Shown: positions 45,167-53,117 of the stretch, piece after piece
How the letters are laid out: every line of letters begins with the position of its first letter
How positions within the stretch are numbered: the stretch's first letter is position 1
IMG/VR virus record: IMGVR_UViG_3300031975_001631
Length of the DNA: 64,000 nt
Strand: one strand, 5' to 3'
Source of the DNA: a virus
The notes under the pieces: model-generated
The model's input: only the letters and a program-made list of their open reading frames with translations
The model's database searches: none
Told to the model about the DNA's origin: nothing
Made by a program: the position numbers and the translations under genes

Positions 45167-45372
45167 ACATATCCTCCCCAGGTTTTCCAGAAGTCTAAAA
45201 AGTAAAAGTTAATCTCACTTATAGTTCCATTAGGTGCTTCTTCATTCTCAGTCTCAGACCACTTTTTACAGAATCTAGAAATATCATTTGAAGCCATTAC
45301 ATGATTTACGCCAAACATTCTAGCGAATGCACTCATAGCAAAATCATAACGCAGTTTAATGTGCTGTTCCAT
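45163..45372 (-). CDS. Small hypothetical protein
   Basis: Likely start MEQHIKLRYDFAMSAFARMFG; the longer ORF call overlaps ndhP. Confidence 0.65.
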   Translation of the reverse strand: MEQHIKLRYDFAMSAFARMFGVNHVMASNDISRFCKKWSETENEEAPNGTISEINFYFLDFWKTWGGYV

Positions 45373-45493
45373 TTCCATCATAATCATCGCTTTCATAATA
45401 AAAATTTTCTCCCCGATAAAATGCGAAGAATACTGTCGATAATACAAATGGAATTGAAATCCACAGTAATATGTTTCCGAATAATCCACTCAT
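45356..45493 (-). CDS. ndhP: NDH-1 complex subunit NdhP-like (45 aa)
   Basis: MSGLFGNILLWISIPFVLSTVFFAFYRGENFYYESDDYDGNGTAH: single TM plus C-terminal FY-x-D-x-Y-x-GNG-x-AH, as I recall it in cyanobacterial NdhP. Confidence 0.75.
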   Translation of the reverse strand: MSGLFGNILLWISIPFVLSTVFFAFYRGENFYYESDDYDGNGTAH

Positions 45494-45681
45494 AGCTTTA
45501 ATTCTAACCAAGGTAACAGTGGTGGTATTATGCCTATAAGTCTAAGGAGACCCTCAGCAAATAAAGCGAGAACAACCCAACCGACACACATAGAAATAAT
45601 TCCAGCATTACGGTTGTGTCTACGAATTGCGTCATCGATCATCCCTTGACATTGTTCTTTTGTTATGTAACTTTTGGACAT
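45490..45681 (-). CDS. Small membrane protein
   Basis: IDDAIRRHNRNAGIISMCVGWVVLALFAEGLLRLIG; directly after petE. Confidence 0.7.
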   Translation of the reverse strand: MSKSYITKEQCQGMIDDAIRRHNRNAGIISMCVGWVVLALFAEGLLRLIGIIPPLLPWLELKL

Positions 45682-46005
45682 TTACTCCACATGAATTACG
45701 CCTGTCATGCCTGCACCTTGGTGAGGACCACAGAAATAATTATAGTCACCTTTATCAGCAAATACAACATCTTGTGATTCGCCAGGAGCAAACAGTAGTG
45801 CTTCTCTTGAAAGATCTGCACGACCTTCAACAATAATGTTATGAGGAGGTAGAGCCTCATTAACAAAATGAACTGTGTCACCTGCAGAGATTGTGATCTC
45901 ATTCGGTTCAAATACTAGATTACCACCAGCACCCATTGAGACATCAACTGCCCATGCAGGAATAGCAAAAAAGAATGTAACTAGAAAGAAACAAATAGCT
46001 CTCAT
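45682..46005 (-). CDS. petE: Plastocyanin
   Basis: Signal peptide; PHNI and YFCGPHQGAGMTG copper ligands. Confidence 0.95.
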   Translation of the reverse strand: MRAICFFLVTFFFAIPAWAVDVSMGAGGNLVFEPNEITISAGDTVHFVNEALPPHNIIVEGRADLSREALLFAPGESQDVVFADKGDYNYFCGPHQGAGMTGVIHVE

Positions 46006-46076
46006 TGAGTATTATGCAACTGTACTATCTAGCACATTCTTAGTAGTTTATTCCTAAAATTATTAGGGTTTCAGAA

Positions 46077-46382
46077 CTAAAAACCCATCTCCTCTCCGAA
46101 GTCTCTCATCTTCTCCATAGACTCTTTTTTCTCCTTAATTGCACCGTCAATAAATCCCGCTCTATATGCCCATGTTACACCGCCTTCAATACCTTTTGAT
46201 GGATTGATGCATTGTTCATTACCTAACTTGTTACAGACTAAACCAGCAAGGTCTAATTCACTACCTTCGTTAGCAGTACCTCTCCATACATGCTTTCCAT
46301 TAATCCAAGTTGCCCCACATTTTTCGCATTCTTCACGCTGCAGCTTGAGGTCCGAAAATTTATCGTCAGCCATTGTTATCAC
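46077..46382 (-). CDS. Cys-containing hypothetical protein
   Basis: CEKC...LDLAGLVCNKLGNEQCINP. Confidence 0.7.
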   Translation of the reverse strand: MITMADDKFSDLKLQREECEKCGATWINGKHVWRGTANEGSELDLAGLVCNKLGNEQCINPSKGIEGGVTWAYRAGFIDGAIKEKKESMEKMRDFGEEMGF

Positions 46383-46560
46383 TCCGGGAGAAAATTCCTA
46401 ATTCTTTTTCTAATTTTTTTTTCATAAAATAAAGCTTTACTTTTATAATTGCATATCTGATAGTAAGATCAATATAATGAATTAGCTTCATCGTTTCCTC
46501 TATGCCCCCATAGGCAATGAGTAAAACGAAACATGCTACTAGTAGATAAAATCCTGTCAT
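46366..46560 (-). CDS. Small membrane protein
   Basis: N-terminal hydrophobic helix. Confidence 0.6.
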   Translation of the reverse strand: MTGFYLLVACFVLLIAYGGIEETMKLIHYIDLTIRYAIIKVKLYFMKKKLEKELGIFSRSDNNG

Positions 46561-46648
46561 AAGAAAAGTATCAACTCTATACCATTATAGAGATATTTAT
46601 TTGATCTGTCTGTTATTTTTACACATAAAAGTCATGGATTCCAATCAA

Positions 46649-47926
46649 TTACCTTTGTTCAATCCAGTTTAATACTGCGAGTGCTTTCTTGTTAGTATTA
46701 GGTGAAGCACATGCTAAAGTGTATATATCACTTATCGTTCCAATACCAGTTCTACCGATTTGTAGTGCTGCCTTATCATCAACTTCTACAAGAGAAGAAC
46801 CACCAGAAATCGTAAATCCACTCAGGACAATATTTCCACCAGCTGTAGCAGTAGCACTTGTGTCGTATTGCATAAAGGAGTTTGGATTTGAACCATCTGT
46901 CCAATTTGCACCAGTTAATGTTGGGTTCTCAATCAATCTCCAATAGACATTAGTATTATCATTCGTTACTGCTTGTAGAGATCTAATCAGAGCAACAGCA
47001 CCCAATTGATCCTCTTTTAATCTGAGACTTACGACTGGATAAAATGTATTTGCAGCTGCCAGTGTAGTGCCAGTAATAGGATTAGCAATACTTTCAAGAA
47101 TACCAAGTTTCTCTGGTTCACCTTCTTGAATTAGAGAGTTAGATCCTTGATACAGGTAATGAGTTCCAGCAACACCAGTTATATTTTCAATCTCAACACG
47201 AATGGGAAGGAACGGAGTGGAACACCAAACAGTATCCAAAGTATTTGAGTTCTCAAATGTATGAGACGGAATTGTCTCATTTTTCATTAACCATGCAAAC
47301 TCTACAAGACCAGCACCATACCACTCATAGTTGATGGAAATCATCTGCTGTTTTGTTGGATCAGCAGTTACACCACTATATCCATTACCATCAAACTTCT
47401 CACCGTTCCAATCGTCTCTGTATACTCTTCTTTCAGTAACAATACCTGTCGTATTACTACGAATTACATAAGCATAAGTTCCACCATTATCCTCAAAATA
47501 AGCACCATTATTATCATCAAACAATCCAAACCTTCTACGAATACCGACTTGTGGAGTATCAAGACGAATTGAAAAGGCAAGAGTAGCACTTCTACCAGGA
47601 ATGTATCTCATTACATTCTTAGTCTGACGAACTACACTACTACCAGCAGCAGAACCAACTTCCATTACTACATTACTGGATGATGCATTAAAGGTAGCAG
47701 TTGCACCGACTCCGACTAATCTTTCATCCCATACATCAGTTTCTTTGCCGTACTGGAAGGTATTGAAGAAGACTGTTTGATATGGAGAAACCTTTAATCT
47801 ATTGTTATTAGAAAACTGAGGTCTCCAATCTGTCTGGTTTCCCCAGTGATCAGCAATATTATATACTTCAAAAAGGGTTCTTTCTTGATTGAGAAAGTCC
47901 TGTGTATTCTTATTCCACTGTGCCAT
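46649..47926 (-). CDS. Beta-rich hypothetical protein, probably virion-associated
   Basis: 425 aa in the late block. Confidence 0.75.
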   Translation of the reverse strand: MAQWNKNTQDFLNQERTLFEVYNIADHWGNQTDWRPQFSNNNRLKVSPYQTVFFNTFQYGKETDVWDERLVGVGATATFNASSSNVVMEVGSAAGSSVVRQTKNVMRYIPGRSATLAFSIRLDTPQVGIRRRFGLFDDNNGAYFEDNGGTYAYVIRSNTTGIVTERRVYRDDWNGEKFDGNGYSGVTADPTKQQMISINYEWYGAGLVEFAWLMKNETIPSHTFENSNTLDTVWCSTPFLPIRVEIENITGVAGTHYLYQGSNSLIQEGEPEKLGILESIANPITGTTLAAANTFYPVVSLRLKEDQLGAVALIRSLQAVTNDNTNVYWRLIENPTLTGANWTDGSNPNSFMQYDTSATATAGGNIVLSGFTISGGSSLVEVDDKAALQIGRTGIGTISDIYTLACASPNTNKKALAVLNWIEQR

Positions 47927-47928
47927 GA

Positions 47929-48237
47929 TTAATCTTCAACCCATGATTGCATAGCTGGGTTAAATCTTTTTTTATTAACGACAGTAATGTCAGATTTTTC
48001 TTCAGAAACTGGATATATTTTCTGGACCATAGCTCCAGGATATTCCTTTTGTAACTGTTCGGATAATTCTTTTTCTGTTGGAAGAGAATCTCTAACAGTA
48101 GATAAATCCATACGATAGAGCTTACCTTCCCAAACTACATCAGCACCGAACTCTTCATTTTTGGGAGTCTCAATATCATCAGTATCAATAGTAATTGTAA
48201 TTTTGCTTTCCGACAAAAATTCTTTAAAGTTTTTCAT
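47929..48237 (-). CDS. Hypothetical protein with CTS-like leader
   Basis: Starts MKNFKEFLSE/S. Confidence 0.8.
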   Translation of the reverse strand: MKNFKEFLSESKITITIDTDDIETPKNEEFGADVVWEGKLYRMDLSTVRDSLPTEKELSEQLQKEYPGAMVQKIYPVSEEKSDITVVNKKRFNPAMQSWVED

Positions 48238-49118
48238 TAGTTACAGTCCCAAGCTCTAAGTGATTTGTTGATTCTGCTATCAGGATCTCTTGCTGTCTCA
48301 GCAGAAGTGAGTTTTTTCTTCATGCCTTTCATCCTTGCACAGAATGATGCTCTTCTCTTATTACCCTTCACTTTAGATGGTCGTTTTAAGTTATGTCCAT
48401 CTGCTTTGGCAGACTTTCGTCCCTTCTCATTGAGTCCACCCTCAGGATTCTGTCCTTCTTTGCGAGTCCATGCAGCACCTTCCTCTACTTTCTTAGAGAT
48501 ATTTTTAATAGCAAATGTGTCCCAATAGTCGGGACCATAAGCACACTCTTCTCTAGCTTCCATCTTCTCACACTTAGGACAGAATCTCATATCTGTCTCT
48601 TCAATTAACTTACCTTCTGGCTCGACAGATTGATTGAGCATTTGATTGGTCATCTTATCAATCCTCATCTTTCTATCACCAAGTTTGCCAGCAAGTCCTT
48701 GATTTCCAGTGGGACCCTTAACTTGTTTCTTAGCAAGTGGGTTTTTAATATCTAGATTGGGGTGACCAATATATCCGTCTCCAGGTTTGCCGCCAACAAC
48801 TTCACCAATCATATCACCTTCTGGTTGATAACCAGCCATTTGTGTTGATGGTTTCTTTTGAGCTAAAGGAGGAAGTTGTGCTCCAGATTTCTTTAAGAAC
48901 GCATCCTTCTCATTAGGATTAGTTGTGCTCTTTCCTTTATTATAAATCTTAGTACCTTTCATCGCTCCACGATGTCCAGGACCAATAGTAAAACTTCCCT
49001 CTGTAATTTTTACAGAAGAGTCATCAACTTTAGGAGATTCAAAATCTCCTGTAGTTGACGGTTTCTTCTTCTTTGATTCTGATAGGAAACTAGAAATATC
49101 GGAATATGACAGTGCCAT
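48237..49118 (-). CDS. Modular basic protein with DUF6321-like C-terminal module
   Basis: AWTRKEGQNPEGGLNEKGR...RRASFCARMKGMKKKLTS...SLRAWDC; late promoter at about 49149-49155. Confidence 0.8.
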   Translation of the reverse strand: MALSYSDISSFLSESKKKKPSTTGDFESPKVDDSSVKITEGSFTIGPGHRGAMKGTKIYNKGKSTTNPNEKDAFLKKSGAQLPPLAQKKPSTQMAGYQPEGDMIGEVVGGKPGDGYIGHPNLDIKNPLAKKQVKGPTGNQGLAGKLGDRKMRIDKMTNQMLNQSVEPEGKLIEETDMRFCPKCEKMEAREECAYGPDYWDTFAIKNISKKVEEGAAWTRKEGQNPEGGLNEKGRKSAKADGHNLKRPSKVKGNKRRASFCARMKGMKKKLTSAETARDPDSRINKSLRAWDCN

Positions 49119-49146
49119 GCCTAAAAACTATAGAACCATGATTCTA

Positions 49147-49437
49147 TTATTTAGGTTTATCTTCTGTCTTATCTAAAGTAGGTGCTTGCTTTGATTCATC
49201 CTTCTTTTTCGAGGCAACGACACCAAAAGTCGCTAAAGTTCCCGTGAACACGCTGGCTATAAAAGTCGGATCGATGTTTTTTTGAGGAATGCCAGGAACA
49301 GTTACATAATTAAGAGTCAGAATTGCTGCTGACCATCCAAGAATAATAACTCGGACGAGAGTTGATACACCCTCATCCGCCCACTCAAATTTATTTTCCT
49401 TTTTGGCTTCCTCTTTCTTCTTTGGATTTGATTCCAT
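49147..49437 (-). CDS. Two-TM membrane protein
   Basis: LVRVIILGWSAAILTLNYV and FIASVFTGTLATFGVV. Confidence 0.7.
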   Translation of the reverse strand: MESNPKKKEEAKKENKFEWADEGVSTLVRVIILGWSAAILTLNYVTVPGIPQKNIDPTFIASVFTGTLATFGVVASKKKDESKQAPTLDKTEDKPK

Positions 49438-49461
49438 GAGTAAAGAGTCAGGCTCTTTTAT

Positions 49462-49665
49462 TTATTTTTCAGAAAAATTATATTCCATTAACATAGCAAA
49501 ATACTTATCTTTCATGTCCATAAGAAATTCTTGCTCCTCTATCGGTCTGGCAGGAGCTCCTGGCCACATCTTTAGGGAGTAATCTAAATGATTATACATC
49601 ATACGAACTTCATCAATCCCAATATTGACACTGCAGTACCACTCGTCAGGATCTAACCCCATCAC
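49462..49665 (-). CDS. Small hypothetical protein
   Basis: 67 aa, ATGA-coupled to gp16. Confidence 0.7.
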   Translation of the reverse strand: MMGLDPDEWYCSVNIGIDEVRMMYNHLDYSLKMWPGAPARPIEEQEFLMDMKDKYFAMLMEYNFSEK

Positions 49666-50069
49666 TTGTTTTTATTCATTTCCTTTAACATTTTTTGTAA
49701 TTCCGCAGTACTACCTACAAACATAGCATTATTTGTGACATTAGTTGTATTCTTTACTTCTTCTTTTACCTCCTTAATATCTTTCTGAAGCTTCATTAAT
49801 TTGTCGGTATTATCTGCCACATTTTTGAGTAATTGCCCTGCAACCTCATATGCCCTAGGAGACTGAGTTTCTTCAGCAAGCTCCATAATACCATTTAAGG
49901 CTTCTTGACCCTTTTCTATTAAAGAATATAAGTTTGCTCTAGTATAATCATAGTCTTTATCAGTATCGCTTTTTGTTAAACGATCTGGTTTCTCCTTTTT
50001 ACTGGGAGTTACATCAATAGTTTCACTAGTTGTATTTAATGATGCATCTATCTCGCTAAAATTATTCAT
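49662..50069 (-). CDS. gp16: Terminase small subunit gp16
   Basis: DYDYTRANL...PRAYEVAGQL...NNAMFVGSTAELQKML. Confidence 0.92.
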   Translation of the reverse strand: MNNFSEIDASLNTTSETIDVTPSKKEKPDRLTKSDTDKDYDYTRANLYSLIEKGQEALNGIMELAEETQSPRAYEVAGQLLKNVADNTDKLMKLQKDIKEVKEEVKNTTNVTNNAMFVGSTAELQKMLKEMNKNK

Positions 50070-50866
50070 ACATCCTCTTGCCTAGTAGGACTGTATACTT
50101 TACCATCATCAAAGAAAGTAGTAGTCTCATTGAATCCAAAATCATCATCTGCATCTGCATCAATTGGATCAGGAGTGACCGTATATCTTACCTCACGCTT
50201 AGCAGTTTGTGTATCAGTATCAGAGTAGTAATCCAATTGTACTTTCTTGATAAGTCCGTCTGTACTTTCTGCAATAGGACCGAATAGGTATGTCTTAGCA
50301 CTAAAGTTTAGTGTATAGATTAGTACTCTTCTTGTAGAAAAATCCCCCTCATACTCATCGGTAAATGAAATATTTTCTAATATAATAGGAATATCTCTTT
50401 TTTCTCCAATTGAATTGATCAAGTCTACAGTAATATTAAATGATGGTTGAAAAAATGGAAGAATCTGCTCTACAATTTGCAAAGCATCGTCATTCAACTT
50501 TGTCATAATATTGAGTTCAAACCCAACATTATATGGAACTGGTAAAAATACTTTCTTTACTCGATCTTGATTATCAATAGCTTTGAATGTCTTCGTTACG
50601 GAAGTTTTTCTACTTGAGTCATAAGAAAGACTTGACATCTCAAAAGACATTCTGGGTAGAGTAATAGCAGTTGCTTTTGCTAACTCTTGTTGTTGCTGTA
50701 GCTTAGCAAGAAATTTGGATCTAGGACCATACCCTAAGGGAACTTTAATGTCACTAATAGTATTTCCGCCTTTGTCTTCTTTTTGAATGTGAATGTCGTT
50801 AAATAATGTTCCGAAAGACACAACTGTCTTGCGGAGAATTTCGTGATAAAAATAAGTGCCTAACAT
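50066..50866 (-). CDS. gp15: Tail sheath stabiliser gp15
   Basis: YFYHEILRK...LPRMSFE...PVPYN...QIVEQILPFFQP. Confidence 0.95.
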   Translation of the reverse strand: MLGTYFYHEILRKTVVSFGTLFNDIHIQKEDKGGNTISDIKVPLGYGPRSKFLAKLQQQQELAKATAITLPRMSFEMSSLSYDSSRKTSVTKTFKAIDNQDRVKKVFLPVPYNVGFELNIMTKLNDDALQIVEQILPFFQPSFNITVDLINSIGEKRDIPIILENISFTDEYEGDFSTRRVLIYTLNFSAKTYLFGPIAESTDGLIKKVQLDYYSDTDTQTAKREVRYTVTPDPIDADADDDFGFNETTTFFDDGKVYSPTRQEDV

Positions 50867-52296
50867 CAGAAGTTGCCAAAGGGATTACGCTCAGTGAAGT
50901 CAAGGATGCCATCTGCTTCAGTTTCAATTTCGTCATTGAAAGTAAATGTGCTTGTAGTATCAATTCCAGTATGATTTAAGATTTGATATCTAGCAGACGA
51001 TGCAGTTCCTGTAATAAACTCACCAGGGTAGAACACACCATTATTTATTGAGATTTCTAACTTTCGGTCAGTTGCATTAAAGGATCTCACATATCCTTCA
51101 GTTCCAGATTCGGATCCGACTACTCTTTCATTGAAGAAATATGTTCCAATTCCAAGAGAAAGAGGATCTCCAATCGTAATTAATGGAGCTTCTTCGTACC
51201 CAGATCCAGCATTTGTTAAGAAGATTCTACTTAGACTATCTCCATCTAAAATTGAGATAGCAGTAGCTTGTACCTGACCGGGTTTACTACCAACGGTTGC
51301 ACCAGTAGTTCCGATAGCAACATTTGCGGGATGTTGAATAGTAATTAACGGTGGGCTTACATAATTTGTTCCCAGATCTGTAATACGAATTGAGGTAATA
51401 CCACTGTTTGTAAGAGATGCTGTTGCAGCTGCACCTACACCAGGACCACCAAATGTAAATGCCGGTGCCTCTGTGTATGCAAATCCAGGGTTTTGTAGGA
51501 CTACTTGATCAATAGAATATAACCCGGACCTTTCGGTTGTGAATGCAAAGGCACCTGCTCTAGATGAAGTAACACCAGCAGGAGAGGGTCCGATAGTGAC
51601 ACTGGGTGCGCTAGTATAACCGTATCCATCATCGTTCAGGAAAATTTGTCCTAATGCTCCTTGACTAGCGAAGGAATCAACAACAGCAATGGCTGTTGAA
51701 CCAATGCCTGCCAAAATGACAGTACTGGTCTCACCTTCTTCCATTCCTCTCTCATCAATACCATATACTCCGGTATCAATATACTCATCTTCATAGCGAA
51801 ACAGTTCGCATTGAAGTTCGTAGATATAGTTCTTACCTAGTTGATAAAATGGGTTTTCAAATTCTACATGTTTAATTTCAAATATTCTTTCTCCTAACGG
51901 GAAATAAATTAAATCTCCCTCTTTAGGTCTCTCACCAAAAATAATATCTGTGCCAGCATTTTTGGCATTATGGGTTACAACAAATGGGGCAATAAAATCT
52001 TCATATCTTTCCCTGGAAACTGTGAGAGTAATTTCGTTTTGAAGATTAATGCCAAACTTGGACATGATATCACTACCTTTTGCATATCCCTCATAGTTAT
52101 TGAGATAAGCTTCTAAAATATATGCGTCATTAAATTTAGATGACTGAACTTCTCCGAGCACATCATCAGTGATAATCATTTTTCTTGGAATGTAATAACA
52201 ATCCAATCCGAACATTTTTAAGTGTTCGTCAATAAGTTGTTGAACAAGGCTCTGTTCGTTTGGAGATCCTTGAAGAAAAAACGGATTTAATGCCAT
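50866..52296 (-). CDS. gp14: Neck protein gp14 with internal repeat insertion
   Basis: GLDCYYIPR, PKEGDLIYFP, FYQLGKNYIYELQCELF; C-terminal DFTERNPFG. Confidence 0.92.
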   Translation of the reverse strand: MALNPFFLQGSPNEQSLVQQLIDEHLKMFGLDCYYIPRKMIITDDVLGEVQSSKFNDAYILEAYLNNYEGYAKGSDIMSKFGINLQNEITLTVSRERYEDFIAPFVVTHNAKNAGTDIIFGERPKEGDLIYFPLGERIFEIKHVEFENPFYQLGKNYIYELQCELFRYEDEYIDTGVYGIDERGMEEGETSTVILAGIGSTAIAVVDSFASQGALGQIFLNDDGYGYTSAPSVTIGPSPAGVTSSRAGAFAFTTERSGLYSIDQVVLQNPGFAYTEAPAFTFGGPGVGAAATASLTNSGITSIRITDLGTNYVSPPLITIQHPANVAIGTTGATVGSKPGQVQATAISILDGDSLSRIFLTNAGSGYEEAPLITIGDPLSLGIGTYFFNERVVGSESGTEGYVRSFNATDRKLEISINNGVFYPGEFITGTASSARYQILNHTGIDTTSTFTFNDEIETEADGILDFTERNPFGNF

Positions 52297-53117
52297 TACC
52301 CAATCAAATCAAGGGGTGGAAGTTCGTAGGTAGACAACATTCTATCTTCAATACGCTGCAATTCCATTACAGCATCTTCATAAATTTGTCTGCCATTTAA
52401 TTCAATACCTCCAGGGAGTTTAACTCCTTGGAATTTAGTTAAGTTTGTACCCCACTGTTTCTTGACTAGTTGAGTAAAATACTTCTTTAAAAAAGAATCA
52501 TTGTATACACCAGCATAATTTGCTGGGTCCATGATTCTTTGGCAGTCAATGATTATGTATGTTCCTTCTGATACTGATCCCCAATCAACATCGAGATACA
52601 AACGATTATTTCTTTTGTTATATCTAATCTGCTTGTTTGTTGAAAGTAAGAAATCAATGTCTTCAATATATGTTTTAGTCATCGCATAACTGAGAAGACC
52701 ACTGTATCCCAAATTGAAAGCTACATCATTTAAAAACAACTGATATTTAAAGCTAAACATGTTGTTTGAAATAAAGCTAGAATCAAACAAAAATACTTTC
52801 TCAACTCCGAGGACCGAATCAGGTACACTCAAATAATTTGTGTTTTCCTCAAAGTCTCCAGATGTTGTAGTAGAAGTAGTAATACCAAGAGATTCGCCAG
52901 CACCTCTTGCTCTGCCTCTTTTGATGTCATCTGCTGAGACCTTATACTTGAGATAAACTCTTTCAACGCCATCAAAATGACGCTCATAAAAAAGTTGCAG
53001 AGCATCATCTAATGCATCATCTACTTGCTCATCAGCTACATTTATTTCTAAGACAGGATATCCAAGTTGCCTTAAAGCATAATCTTTTAATCCGTCTCTA
53101 GTAGTTGGTTTTGTCAT
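52296..53117 (-). CDS. gp13: Neck protein gp13
   Basis: LRQLGYPVLEINV, VKKQWGTNLTKFQGVKLPGGIELNG. Confidence 0.95.
   Translation of the reverse strand: MTKPTTRDGLKDYALRQLGYPVLEINVADEQVDDALDDALQLFYERHFDGVERVYLKYKVSADDIKRGRARGAGESLGITTSTTTSGDFEENTNYLSVPDSVLGVEKVFLFDSSFISNNMFSFKYQLFLNDVAFNLGYSGLLSYAMTKTYIEDIDFLLSTNKQIRYNKRNNRLYLDVDWGSVSEGTYIIIDCQRIMDPANYAGVYNDSFLKKYFTQLVKKQWGTNLTKFQGVKLPGGIELNGRQIYEDAVMELQRIEDRMLSTYELPPLDLIG

Noticed and set aside
45163-45489. 108-aa ORF as called
   Set aside because: The N-terminal 39 codons overlap the better-supported ndhP frame; restarted at 45372.
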